A stretch of 64,000 nucleotides of DNA from contig CM041465.1 of the NCBI GenBank assembly GCA_023213395.1, positions 88,729,741-88,793,740 on the forward strand, in the 5' to 3' direction. The notes beneath the pieces were generated by a model. That model did not search any database and had not been told where the DNA came from. It was given only the letters and a program-made list of their open reading frames with translations. This stretch comes from Cycas panzhihuaensis. Taxonomy: Eukaryota > Plantae > Cycadophyta. Within the stretch, counting starts at the first letter, position 1. Each line of letters starts with the position of its first letter. This document shows positions 1 to 13,190 of the stretch, piece by piece. A program made the translations under genes and the position numbers.

Positions 1-112
1 GTGGTGCCATATATGTGAGGTCGATACCCACACAACTAGGGATTGTTTCTACAATTCCAGGGGTAAAGCATTCAGAGGTAGAGGTCGGGGAAGAGGCAAC
101 CCACCTCGCAAT

Positions 113-1147
113 GTGTATACAACGAGGGGTGCAGTAGAGCCCTCGAGGAAGAAACAGCCGATGGGGAGATGCCTCATCTGCCTACAGTTCGGGCACTGGA
201 AGTCCGAATGCCCGATGAAGCTAGAATACGAACAAAAACCGTTCGTATGTGGTAACTGTGGCCCAAGTGACCACAAAACAGAAGAGTGCAAGGGTAAAGC
301 CAAAGCAACGAACTTAATGACAATTGTGCCGGAAACGAAGAATGTGAAATTACGAGATAAGCAGGAAAAGAAAGTGGATGAAGGATATCCAAACCCCGAT
401 CGAATTGGATCGCTACAAAAGCGAAGCGGTGTTGGATGGTTTAGTCAGGAGGAAAATATACTACCAATGGGCAAACCGGAAACAAAAAATGTTTACATTC
501 GGAAAAACAAACAAAAAGAGCCAGAAAAACTACCGGAAGAACTTACAACAAAACCCCAAATGGTGCAGATGGAAGAGTTGTTTAAAGGATTACCAACAGA
601 GGATATTCCCAGAATGTTGCTATTAATGGAGAATTTGGTGAAAGCGATTCTGATTGACTATCCCTTGTCCCAAGTTATTGATTGGATCAAAGGAGGAATG
701 CTACGAGAAAGGAATTACCAAGAGTTGGAACAAGTCATACCATCGTTCGACATGGATCCGATGGTAACCATGTCGATTTTGGGAGAAAAGTTTAGAGTGA
801 TCGTTGATGGGGGAGCAGCTGTGAATGTACTGCCCACCTCGACATGGCGAAAGTTGGGGAGTCCAAAGTTGGAAGCGGCAACCTATTCGTTAAAACTAAC
901 CAATGAATTGTTGGTGCGACCTGTGGGAAAACTGGCGAACGTCAAGGTGGATGTGGCAGGAATTGTCGTAAGATCGATTTTACGATTGTGGAAGCGGAGA
1001 AAGGTGCAACTCCTATCCGACTTTATTGGGAGACCATGGCTATACAAAACCCAATGTCTCCAAAGTTGGAAAGACGTAACCTTCACCTTGTCAGATGAAG
1101 GAAATAGAGTAGTATTACCAATGTTGGGAAGAACTCCATTGAGGTGA
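113..1147 (+). pseudogene. Gypsy gag C-terminus (zinc knuckles) plus aspartic protease of element A
   Basis: ORF 113..1147 with two zinc knuckles, the DGGAAVN protease motif and the GRPWL motif. Confidence 0.85.
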
Positions 1148-1609
1148 TACGACAATGGATCAAGTACAACCGTTGTGAGGGAAGCAACAACTTCTTCGTG
1201 TGACAAAGAAAACCTCTATCATCTGCGGAGAAGCCTACAACATCGACCCATTACCGTAAAAGAACTACAAGCCTATTTTGGAGAAATTTACAATTCTTGA
1301 GACGATGAAAACGAGATGAGATTTGGGATTATTGGCTACGGGGCGATTATGAAGTCAACCCCTCATCCTATAGATGTAATCTACTTTCTCGAATGTGACC
1401 GAAATAGTTGCCACTCGGAAGATAGAAATCATGGAGAATATGTTGGAGATTATGTGAAGTCCTTTATGGAGAACCACTATGTGGAATTTCCCATTTGAGA
1501 CATTGTAGAGAACATTGGTCAGGAGAAGATCAATTAAGGGATCATAAGAAGAAAGCGACAAAGCATACCACACGAAGGAAAAGGCGGAAAAGGACAAGGC
1601 ACGACCGCC

Positions 1610-1750
1610 ACGACAAGACATCATATTTTAAGAAGGGTGATCGAGTATGGCGATTCGACAACATATCCCAAACAACCCAAGGAGAATTGAAGATGCATTG
1701 GAAAGGCCCATATAGGATTGAGAAAGTGTACCGAGCCACACTATCCGATT
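1610..1750 (+). pseudogene. Gypsy integrase C-terminal GPY/F remnant
   Basis: FKKGDRVWRFD...GELKMHWKGPYRIEKV in ORF 1495..1752. Confidence 0.75.
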
Positions 1751-2204
1751 AAAGAAACTATCGTGCCGCCTACTACCGAAATGGTCAAGGGTAGTAAGCG
1801 AAACCCTATATCAACTAGGGTGGAGCAACTTACCGGTAGAATCGAGTTGGTTGTACCATATCGTGTTGCATGAAGTTGAGGCAAAATCGAATTGCCTTGA
1901 TCTGGAGCGTGATTCGATTCGGTATGTAACATAAAATACAAAAAATAAAAAACAGAAAAACAATAGTAACTCATATCATAAGCAATATGGTGAAGCATGG
2001 AGGAAAGGTATATCATCATACGGAAAATCAAGGAAAGTTGAACAAAACAAAGCGCCAATAGATGAGGATTTATTAACTAAGAATGGCGAAAGCGGTGGAG
2101 CAAAGGCGGCGAGGCGACCTTAGAACAGAGGGGAGGAATACCCCAAATTTTGAATTTTTTGTTGAGCAAGGATGCTCAACCCAATCATGTTGACCCGGGA
2201 TAGA

Positions 2205-3220
2205 TGTTGGCATGAAAATTGACTCACTGGCTGTGGGAGGACCAGAGATAGGTCAGATAACCCGAGTTGTGCAAGTGCGGACCATATGGAGGTGCGCGAG
2301 GCAAAATGGCGAGAAAAATAGGCATTCAGGTGCGTATGGCGGTGCGTGCACAGGCACGCATGGCAGTGCGTGCAGTGGCGAAGCGAGCCGAGCAGGCGAT
2401 GCGCATGATGGGACCGGTGGAAGCCCGGGAAGGCGCAGGACGACGCATTTGACGTCTGGACCTAATGAAGACATTAGTTAAAGTGCATAACTAATGATTA
2501 AAGTGAAAGGGTACCTTGGTGACGAAAAGGTATGGTTATGACTTTGGGTCATAACCTTTCATCAAAAGGCATCAAAGGGACATATTTAATGGTGCTTGAG
2601 GACCATTCCGATGTGAGCCGAGTGATTCAATTCTATGGCATATTCTCAAGTGTGAGCCGAGTGATTCAATTCCATGACATACTCTCGAGGGTGAGAGCCG
2701 AGATCAAAGGTACGCAAAGGTGCGGATGACGATGCGATATGACAATTGGAGCATGAGTGCATGATAAGTACCATCCGTACGCATGTAATATGAAGGAAGC
2801 GTATCTTCTTTGGAATGCCGTCGGGGCAGCCTACGTGTAAATGAACTGAATTAATAAAAGAAGAGTTATGTGGAAATTGGTGCATTCTTGATGTGTGTTG
2901 ATGATTCTTTCAAGTATGTCTTGATTGCATCTGCTTGTACCATTATGTGAATTATATATGGAATGTATGGAATATATGTGTATAACCATGTTGACGGTGT
3001 CCTAAAACTAGACTATAGCTATGTAACCTTGACAAGTGTAATGATTCCACGAAGGGTGTGGAATCTATCGACCAACATATTGTATGTTACCGTGATCTAC
3101 GTGTTATGATGATTTGTATATATATAGTATAAATAATGTGGATGGTGTATGTACTAATGGAGTTGTAACCTTTCTCTCTCCTTCTTCCCTAGTACGAACT
3201 TGGAAATTAAGGAGACAACA
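2205..3220 (+). repeat. LTR shared by elements A and B (chimeric: only the last ~145 bp match the 3' LTR of B)
   Basis: TGTTG...CAACA termini, a PPT-like sequence before and a PBS-like sequence after. 3076-3220 aligns with 16744-16888. Confidence 0.75.
2612..2706 (+). repeat. 39-bp tandem repeat (~2.4 copies) within the LTR
   Basis: tgtgagccgagtgattcaatt... starts at 2612 and 2651, with a partial copy at ~2690. Confidence 0.85.
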
Positions 3221-3235
3221 TCTGACGTCGTTGCC
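3221..3235 (+). promoter_or_regulatory. Primer-binding site of element B (degenerate TGGCGCCGTTGCC type, as in Athila-like elements)
   Basis: tctgacgtcgttgcc immediately follows the LTR end CAACA. Confidence 0.6.
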
Positions 3236-3299
3236 AACCTAGGAATGAAGGAAAAGATGGGGAAGACAAGATGACGACCCATAACCGTTTTGGGAGACA

Positions 3300-5721
3300 T
3301 ACTACACTAGATGAATTAAATCTCGCGCAATGGTTTGAAGAAAATTTTAGGGTCATACTTCAGTTAAAATCTCAATTACTGCGAGAAGGCATCATCAACT
3401 AGTATCTCGATGATATTATCATCCAAGAACCAGTAATGCTTGCAAATATCATTGAACATCTTCGATCTAATGCACGACACGAAATAAATAACATACATAT
3501 TTAGACAGGAAAAGAAGTAATCAATATAATTGAGACGATCCAATCGATTACATACACAGCAGCAACAAAATTTAAGAACATTAATGCAGATTGATTGGTC
3601 AATAATTAAAAAGGGATGGAAAGTCTGCCAGACTTGGAAACAGAAGCATGATTCAAACAAGGACTTAAGGGAGATCAAGGAAGCTTTCACACATCTGAGT
3701 TTACATGAAAAGGAGAAGGCTAGCATACAAGATAAAGATCAAAAACATCACCACCCAAAGGCAAAAAGCAAGATTCGTAAATTCTTATGAATAGAGAAAG
3801 AAAAAGAAACCTACAAATGGATTTAGACAACGAAGAATATAACAACTCAAGCATATAAGAACACCAACAAAGTCATCGAAGCAAAGAATAATAATGATAG
3901 TGACATCATGCTCAACAAGGAAATGAGGAGTGAAGCAGAAATTTCTAACATTCAACTGAAAGGAAAAGAGGATCTAGCGAGACATTGTAATATTGGAAAC
4001 AATATGGATGGCCAATGGCAAGATTGACAAAGATCTTTGGGTATAATCATTTCTAGTCACACTATGGGACGTTGCGAAGGACTGGTTTAAAGAATTCAAA
4101 GAGGGACATTTTAAAAATTGGGCTTCCCTATGCAAAGCAGTTGAAAAGGAATTTAGACTTTTACAAGATGATAGTGAGGTGGTAGATCAAATCTACAACT
4201 TGAAGCAAGAACCCAAGGAAATAATAAGAAGTTACAACACAAAGCTGAAAAGTCTAATAAAGAAAATAGAAAGTGAAGTGACGGATGAGTTAAGAAAAGA
4301 TGGTTTCTAGAATGATTACTTCCGAAATATAAAAGGAAGTTACGAGTCATTCTACTTGCATCATATCAAGAAGCAATAAACCGAGCAATGAGTCTTGAAA
4401 TCAAAGAGAAAGCAGAGGCCTGGCACCAAGAGAAAATAAGTGATGCACAAGTAAAAGAAGAATCTTCAATAGAAGCACTTAGGGAAGACTTGATGAGGAT
4501 GTTCATAGATTTTACACAAAATCAACCAAAAGAATGACGCTACATATGATATGTCAAGTGTCGTACAGAAGGCCACTTGGAGTCGGAGTGTCTAGATAAC
4601 CAAGGATTCAAATACTGCTATATATGTATAATGAGTAATTAACATATTAAAGAGTGCGATTCAATGTTTAGACATGCGAGAAGACAAGAACGGATGTCTT
4701 CTTTACTCGGCAAGAAACAAAGAAACCACCTTTTGGAAGGGGCGAGGTGGATAACCAGACAACAAGATGCTCAAGGTCAACCAATGGTACAATACTTTTA
4801 GTACAAAGTATGGGGCCACTTTAGCAGAGATTGTCCCAATCTAGAAAATAATGTCTCTACACTATGTTGATGGTGCGAACCAGTGACCATGATGATGACC
4901 ATTGCACAAAGCAACAAAACAAAAATGTCAACCTCGTAGGAGTAATCACAGAGGAAGTACAACCTTTACTGACATATGCAGTGTATACAAGAAGGCCTAA
5001 GCAATCAACGTATCCTAATGCTCAGAATGAAAAAGAATGCCCGAGTCAGGCCACAGAATTGGTACAAGCACTACAAAAACAAGAGCACGATGCGACCTTG
5101 ACCAAGCCACAATCTGTAGAACCAAGGGGTAATGGATCGACGAAATCAACAATAACAACCAAAGAAGATACAACACATAAGGATGGTGTTAACTAAAGAG
5201 TTAACAATTAAATTGTTAACGTTACTCGAGAATGATGAGCTTCTACTACAAACATTCAAGGACTATATACGGTGAATCAAGATAACAAGAAAAGAAAGAA
5301 TATCGATAAAAGAATGTAGGACTCATGTAACAACCTCACATAGAGGACCGGATGTACGATCTCTTAGGATCAACGAAGACATAATTATTTCAATGAATAT
5401 ATTAGGGCACGATTGGAGAATCTGAGAATTAATGGTAGGTACATAATGAACATTATCACAATTACAACTTGGGAACTATAGCCTCCTACATTTCTTTACG
5501 ATCGATCGATCAACATGGTGTGTAATCGTTAGGGATGATGTGAGCACGTAAAAATAAAATTAGGGAACCAAGACTTTGTAACAGATTTTGTTATAATACC
5601 GATGATTGATGAAACACCACCAACTTATGACGCCTTGTTAGGTCGACCCTAGTTACGAAATGTGTGCGTACTCCAAAATTAGCGATGTAACACATTGATA
5701 ATTAAACAAAGAGGAAAGAAG
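3300..5721 (+). pseudogene. Element B gag and protease (many stops and frameshifts)
   Basis: Retrotransposon gag-like AKDWFKEFKEGHFKNWASLCKAVEKEF (~4075-4155), degenerate knuckles at ~4550 and ~4790-4910, LLGRP*L at ~5635. Confidence 0.7.
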
Positions 5722-5726
5722 CAACT

Positions 5727-5860
5727 TGTAGAAAGAAGGGCACATGCACAATATAATCACAGGATCATAAAATAAGCAAACATAGGTAACAAGATAACAC
5801 TACACATGTACACCAGTTTGACAGGTTGAAAACCCTTACGGGAAGATAAACACCTCCTAA
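5727..5860 (-). repeat. Truncated 3' LTR of C1
   Basis: Matches 9590-9721 and is joined directly to GAG-pre-integrase sequence (ELWHAQLG). Confidence 0.85.
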
Positions 5861-7300
5861 TTGTGCATGCCAAAGTTCGTTGACTGAGTCTGGTTTGGCA
5901 ATAAAGGCACTAAAAGATTTTGATTTGTTATTTTGTAGACTTGTTAGACTATAGAGACCTGTGTTATGATCAACAGGTCCTGAGGCAATATGTCTAAATT
6001 TGTTTAATGGTTCTTTAATGATAAATTTATTCTTCCGAATTCGGCGACAAAGTTTTTGTGATTTGATAGACAGAGAGTAGGTTTGGTAATAAACCAAGTA
6101 CGTAAAAGACGTCCTTGATTGAACCATCTTTAAGGTAACATTACGATCCTTTGACTTTAAGTTGAGTACCACTTAGAAAGAAATCTCTTCTTGAGTTCAT
6201 TTTGATTGATAAGTAGTTAAATTTTTCCTGTCCAATCATGTGATGGGATGCACGAGTCAAGGATCCACTATGGTGGATGATTTGTAAGGGCAACAAATGC
6301 GGAAGTTGTTCGCTAAAGAATGATTATGAGTTTGTCGATTTTGAGGTCGTGATTGAGGATGGGATTGAGGTCGATTTTGCAATCCCTTGGAAGCTTTCCA
6401 TGCTTCTGAAGCTACTCTACCGAGACATTAATAGTGTGGCCTCTTTTATAACAATAGGCACAACTAGTGTTCGAGAAGAAGAAGTTGCGTTGTTCCTATT
6501 ATAAAAGAACTGATTAGAAGTGTTCTGGCATTTAGATGGACCAGAATACTTAATATTGTTTTGTGAATTTGATGGTGAACCTCTATGAGGTTTCTAAAAT
6601 TTTGGATTATTATTCTGTTGTTTGTTTTTAAATTGTGGCTTAGTTTTGGAAAACAAAACCTGTGAAGGATCTTTTAATGCACCTGTTTGAATTAACATTA
6701 TCTGATATTCAATCAGCTAGTTTGTTAACTGATTGAATATTATAGGAGGGTCATCAACTTGTTGTCTGGCAATTTTATAGAGATTAAAGTGTTTTAGTAA
6801 TTTATTTACTACAAGACGTACGAGTGTATCATCATCTCTAGCATGCATAATTATTTTTTCAGTATCACCTTCTTTAGTTTTGAATTTGATGCAGTTTCCT
6901 AGATCTTTATTAATTAATTGAATTTTACTTAAAAAATCCTCAACACTGGAAAAATCGTCAAAAGTAAGGTCATACAATTGCTGTTCTAGGATAGCCACTT
7001 GATGTGTATCGACCTTGTCATATTTTTCTTGCAAGGTTTTCCAGACAGTGGCTAAGTCATCTATTTCAGAAAACTGCCGACTGATTTCTGGTGAGAGTGG
7101 GTTTAATATGGTGCCTAAGGTTGTATCTGAGTTCATTAGATATACCATATAACTCTCTGTAGTATCTTCTTTAAGTTTTTTAAATTCACCTATCACATAT
7201 CGCCATATTTTTTGTTGTTTGAGCTGATGGAATATGCGATTCCTCCAGTCGGCATAGTTTGAGCCTGTTAATCTTTGGAATTGGAACGCAGGTGGTTGTC
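5861..7300 (-). pseudogene. C1 gag, protease and GAG-pre-integrase
   Basis: RLTGSNYADWRNRIF..IWRYVIG, VWKTLQEKY..VAILEQQLYDL (ORF 6717..7196), WILDS-ASHHM at ~6270, GLYSL..ELWHAQLG. Confidence 0.85.
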
Positions 7301-9589
7301 CCTGGCATTAATGCCATATTGGGAGCTATGAGGTTTGATTGAGGATGAAGAATATGAAGGTGATTGAAAAATAATCACTTACTAAAAGTACTAATCATTA
7401 GATTAATAATTCAAGAAAGCATTGAGTATGCATTACTTGTACTTAAAGAAAAATCACATGTTTGCAGACAGATTGAATAAATGACTTCTTAAAAAATCAC
7501 CTTAAGCAGTCCCTTTTTGAAAAAGATTCCCCCGTAATTTTAAGAAATGTATACCCCTTAAGTGTTTAAGTTTAAATATGGTGCATTAATAAATCGATTT
7601 GCAATAAAAAATGTTAATGATTTTTATTAATTAAATTTTATGTTTGAAAAACGATAAATGTATAAAGAAGGTATTCAGATAAAAAACTGATACTTTACTT
7701 TGATCTTGGTCCAAAAACCAAGAAAAAAATATTAGTTTTGCCTAAGTTAATTAGGCTTTGTTAATAGTATATATATGTATAACTTTTAAATAAATATTTG
7801 ATAGATAATGTATACCTTATATATGACAAAGATTAAGCTAAGATATTAGGGAAAATAGGGAAATTTGTTCAATTCATGATTAAGGTAGAATATGAAGGTA
7901 TGCACTTATGCAATACCTATAGTAGAATAAGGAACCTAAAAACATAGAAAATTATACTAATCTCATATGAAGTTTAAATGTAAAGGATGGTTTAAGAGAA
8001 TATTAAAATCATTAACTTAGTGAAGAGAGGGGTTTAGTTTAAAGGAAGGGGATTGATCTATATGTTAATGTAATAGGGGAGTTTTGGATTAATTTTACAC
8101 TAATGTGATTAAGGGGGGGTTGAGTTACAGATCAGGTTGATTAAAAAAAAGAAAAGTTTTAAATTAATTTATACTAGAGATTATTTAAAAAAAGGAAGTT
8201 CAATTAAAAGGATTTTAATTAAATTATAAATGTGATTAAGGGGGGTATAAACTTAATGTGATAAGGGGGTATTTGATTAAATCAAAATGTAATAAGGGAG
8301 GGAGGGATTATTGTTTTATTAAATCAAAATAATTAAAAAAGGAATTAAAAAACCGAAATCGACGACTGACTCTGTGAGAGGTTTGATTTTAACAAAGAAA
8401 ATTAAAATTAAAACAAAAAAGAAATCTGGGAGGGGGGTTAGGGTAGAAACCCTACCTACCTAGTTATGGCGGTGGCGCACCTTTGTTTACAGGTGAGACG
8501 AAGACGAAGATCGAAGGCGGAGGTCCTGGCGATGAACGAAGGCAAACGATCCCAACATGGAGGGCTTCAGGACACTCATCGCAAGTCTTTCCCTTATTCA
8601 TAAGGGTTCGGATCCGTTATTTGTTTCGAGGATTCTAACTCGCACAAGCTCCGCTTTTATGTCATTGATGAGGCTAGGAAGCGATTTAAGGAGGTCGGCT
8701 ACTTGACGGAGGCATATGTAGATCAGTGGGGACTCATATCCTACGAGATGGTATATTTGAAGTCACCGAACTTCTTAGTAGGCTGCTTTGCCCCTTCACC
8801 ATTCTATGTGTGAGTCTTCCTCATCTATTTTCATACTCAACGAGATCTCGAACTTCCCAGATGAGCCTTTTGATGAAGGGCTAGGCTACCGCAAATATCT
8901 AGAAAAGCTTGGCGGAAAATACTTCTTTACTCGACCATTATTACATTCGTGGGACACAAGTATAGTGCCATAATGGTATTTATGTGATAGGTGCTCATAC
9001 GATGCAGTTCATGCCTTAAGATCTCTCACGAGCACCCAACTACTTGTGTTCGTGCAGTGCTTTCATGTCGATCTCGAGTACTTCAACTTATACAGTTTGA
9101 TTAGGCTTCATTCAACATGTGCAAGTGGGTCAACATTAGCGTGAAAGACCCTTCTACTCCTTGGTGTTAGTGGTAATGATACCTTTGATAATTACGGACA
9201 TTTTCCTATTTGAAATGCTCTCAATAAAAATCCATTGTGGGAGATTCTTTAATTTTCCATTGAAATATCATGATACTCTGCGTCCTTTGTAAAAAGTTTT
9301 GTTGGAAAAGTGCATACTTGTAAGCCGCTTATACATAGGTACTCATGCGTCTTTTAAGCTTGACATAAGGAATATTCGTGTTCGAGACTTATAAGCTTCA
9401 ACATTCGTGCAAATTTGTAACACTTTATGATTGTTTAGTGCGAATGAAATAGCGTTTGACATGCGCCATCCATTCTTTATTTCTCTGTTTGAGTAGTGGT
9501 GATGGTGTGTGTACTAATGCTTACAGGCGACGAGCTTCATCCTTGTATCAAAATCCATCTTTACAGATAGACATGTAGCTCTGATACCA

Positions 9590-10027
9590 TGTAGAAAGAA
9601 GGGTACATGCACAATGTAATCATAGGATCATAAAATAAGCAAACACAGGTAACAAGATAACATCGCACATATACACCAGTTTGTGGTGGAAAACCCTTCC
9701 GGGAAGAAAACCACCTCCTAAATTTGTAGTTTTATTAAGCAAAGTTTGAGAAATAGAAGACTACATACATAAACCACTAAACCAATCTTATAAAAGGCAT
9801 TTAGACATCCCTCCTAGATTCTCAGAACCATCTCCTTGAATCTAGGAGATGAATTTATACAAAGAAAGGTTCGTTGAAATGCAGTTTCGCATTTCAACTA
9901 CCTTTCACATAAGATAATTAATAAACATTAAAGTTTAAACCTTATAACAACTTAAATACACATTTAGACATGTAACTTAAATATAAACTTTAAAAAGAAC
10001 ATAAAGATTACATTAATACTTCTAACA
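9590..10027 (-). repeat. 5' LTR of C1 (438 bp)
   Basis: TG...CA termini, adjacent to the PBS. Its first ~134 bp on the + strand are repeated at 5727-5860. Confidence 0.9.
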
Positions 10028-10032
10028 CAACT

Positions 10033-13000
10033 AATTAATCTAAACCAACACACTATAAGCGATGAACTAGTAGATTCTAGTTCATCTGATGATGGTGATG
10101 ATATTGATGTTGATGAGAATAGTTGTATTAACAATACTAATGAGGAACATCCTCTGAGTACAATATTTGACTATGATAATATATGTGAATCTATTGAAGG
10201 TGTTTAATACTTGGATGCATGTTCTAATGATGAATTAGACTCAAATAGTGGATTATTTCGTTGGCAATAGCAAGAATATGAAATGTTTTCATGTTATCTT
10301 ATTCACAAGGAACCTATCGACAATGCAATTGTTTATCATATTTAAAATAATAATGGACAACCCGAATATCCAGAACACTTCTATGAGATTACTAAAGGGA
10401 AATCAAATAATATCACAAGATCCAGCATATAGATTTCATAATGAAATCCGCTATAAAGAAGCACCACAACAACTTATAAATTTGGGAACGTAATGAGCAA
10501 ACAAGTGATTACGTTAGGAAAAACATGGGATCCAATGTTAGTAGCAACAATAACAGAAGTTTTCATAAAATACAGGGATGTTTTCGCCTGGACATACAAG
10601 GATTTAAAAGGAATACCGAAACAATTATGTGAGCACAAAATTGAACTCGTACCAAGATCAAAACCCATAAAATACAGACCATACATAATGAATCCTAAAT
10701 ATGCAGAACAAGTGGATGCTGAAATCAAGAAAACGCTAGATGCACACATTATATTCAAAGTTGAGACCAGTGACTAAGTATCCCCAATAGTGGTAGTTCA
10801 AAAAAAAAAAGGGAAAGTACATATCTGCATAGATTTTCTGAAATTAAATGCGGTAACTTACAAGGACCCATTTCCTATACCATTTACCAATACAATATTA
10901 GAAAAAGTGGCAAGACATGAGGTACATTCATTCTTAGATGGGTTTTCGTGGATACAATCAAATCAAGATTCATCGAAAAGATAAATTGAAAACTACTTTA
11001 TTACTCAAACCGAATATTTGCCTATAATCGGATGCCATTTTGGTTGTGTAACACACCTGCCACCTTTCAACGGATAATCATCAACGTCTTTGACCACTTA
11101 TCCTTGAAGTCAGTAAAAGTATTCCTAGATGATTGATCTATCTATGGTAATATTGAAAATCACTTGGCATTATTAATGTATGCTTGGAGATTTTCCGAAA
11201 ATAAGATTGTCATTAAATCCTCGAGAAATGTCGCTTTTGGTTCTATATGGGAAATTATTGGGCCACATTGTATATGCCCTGACATCGAAAACAGATCCAA
11301 ACAAAATTAGAGAAATTATAAACTTATAACCAACATCAAATAGTACAAAGATATTAATCTTTTTTGGACACATAGGGTATTATTACCGACTTATAAAAGG
11401 ATTTTCTTATATTGCACACCCTTTAGAAGAATTGCTAAAGAAAGGTGAATTTCACTTGGGAAGACAAATACCAAACAACTTTCGACCACCTTAAAAACAA
11501 ATTACATAACTCGATATTATCCCATCCAGATCGCACTAAAGAATTCCATATCCATATAGACACATCACAAATAGTAATTAGATGTACACTTGCCCAAGAA
11601 GGAAGTCACAAATTAGACTTACCTATTATTTTGCAAGTAGACGTTTGAATAAAGCGTAAAAGAATTATTTGACAACCGAAAGAAAAGCATTATGAATGAT
11701 ATATGTTGTACGTAAGTTTCGACACTATCTCTTAGCAAACTCATTTATATTCTTTGTCGATCACCAAGCTCTTTTGTATATGATCAATAAGCCTAAAATA
11801 CAAGGCGTAATCGAATGAAGGTTGGTGTTGTTGCAAGAATTCAACTTTAAAGTAATAGTCCGCCAGATATACCCAAACGAGAGAAAACCTTCCGTGTAAA
11901 TGATGATTTTCCGATGCTAAACTTTTTCAAATAGTCGTAACACTCCCGAGCTACGATGATATAACAAGCTATCTCAATTTGGGTTCATTTCCCAACAATA
12001 TGCCTACACAACAATGCAAAAATCTGATAAAGAAAGCAGCATCCTACCAACTAATAGAAGGACTTCTATACAAACTAGGAAAGATTATGTATTAAGATGT
12101 TGCGTAATGCCGTAAGAAACACTAGCGATACTTGAGGAAGCTCATCAAGGGGTTGTCAGTGGCCATTTAGGCCCTAAAAGTACAGCCAGAAAGATATTAT
12201 TATCTGGATTATGGTAGCCAAAATTATTTAAAGATGCAAAGGAATTTGTTTCTACATGTGATGTTTGTCAACAAATGGGATGGCCTCTGTAGCACGATTT
12301 TATGCCCTTACAACCATCATTGGCTCAAGGAGTTTTTTAACGATGCGACTAGATTTTATTAGACCATTTAAATATGTTACAAGAATGAACCAAGCAAGAT
12401 ATATTATAGTAGCAACAAACTATCTCATAAAGTGGGTCGAGGCAAAGGCACTTCGGGATAATTTGGCACGAAGTACAACTATATTTTATATAAAATATTA
12501 TAACAAGATTTGGTTGTCTCTTGGAATTTGTAAGCGACAGAGGAGCACATTTTATAAATGAAACAATTCATTGTCTAACTCAAGAATTTATTATTACACA
12601 TCACAAATCAACACCCTACTACCCAAGGGCTAACGGGTAAGCAGGATCAAGTAATAAAATAATAATTACAATGTTAACAAAATTGTGTAATGCAAGTAGA
12701 AATGATTAGGCAGAGCAACTCCATTCGGTATTATAGCCTTTTAGGATAGTGTATAAAACTTCAACTGGTCATACACCATTCCAATTGGTATATGGGGTAA
12801 AAGCTGTGTTACTTATTGAATTTATAGTACCAAGCTTAAAAATTGTAGTTCAACAAAAATGGCCCGACATGATAAAGATACAAGATCAGTTAGAAATCAT
12901 TCTCGCCCTGGACAAACGACGACAATATGCACAACGGGTAATGAACTCAATACAACAATGAAAAAGGAATGGCATGATAAGAAATTACATCCCATAATAT

Positions 13001-13190
13001 TCAAAGAAGGGATTTGGTTCTTAAATACGATGGTAAATACTTCATAAAACTAGACAAACTTAAGGTTCATTGGCTTGGTCCATTTATAATTAAAACCATC
13101 TTCGTAATGGCTCACGAAATAACGATATCAATGAGAACGGGCAAATAATTATAGTTAATGAATCGAAACTTAAGCCGTATAAGATAAGGA
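10033..13190 (+). pseudogene. Element B pol: reverse transcriptase, RNase H, integrase (disrupted)
   Basis: KYRDVFAWTYKDLKGIP..CEHKIEL, ICIDFLKLNAVTYKDPFPIPF..SFLDGFS, EFHIHIDTS, YIIVATNYLIKWVEAKAL, YKTSTGHTPFQLVYG, HWLGPFII. Confidence 0.9.

Larger units (their letters stand above)
1..3220 (+). mobile_element. Gypsy (Athila/OTA-like) LTR element A, 5' part outside the window, internally deleted (gag-protease plus GPY/F remnant only)
   Basis: Two CCHC-type knuckles (CLICLQFGHWKSEC, CGNCGPSDHKTEEC), aspartic protease VIVDGGAAVNVLP...GRPWL and integrase C-terminal WKGPYRI. A degenerate PPT (gggataga) precedes an LTR TGTTG(2205)...CAACA(3220). Confidence 0.8.
5727..10027 (-). mobile_element. 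Copia element C1, internally deleted (lacks IN core, RT, RNase H, PPT and most of the 3' LTR), nested in B
   Basis: TSD CAACT at 5722-5726 and 10028-10032. 5' LTR 9590-10027, Met-i PBS (rc of gctctgatacca 9578-9589), truncated 3' LTR 5727-5860. Confidence 0.9.
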
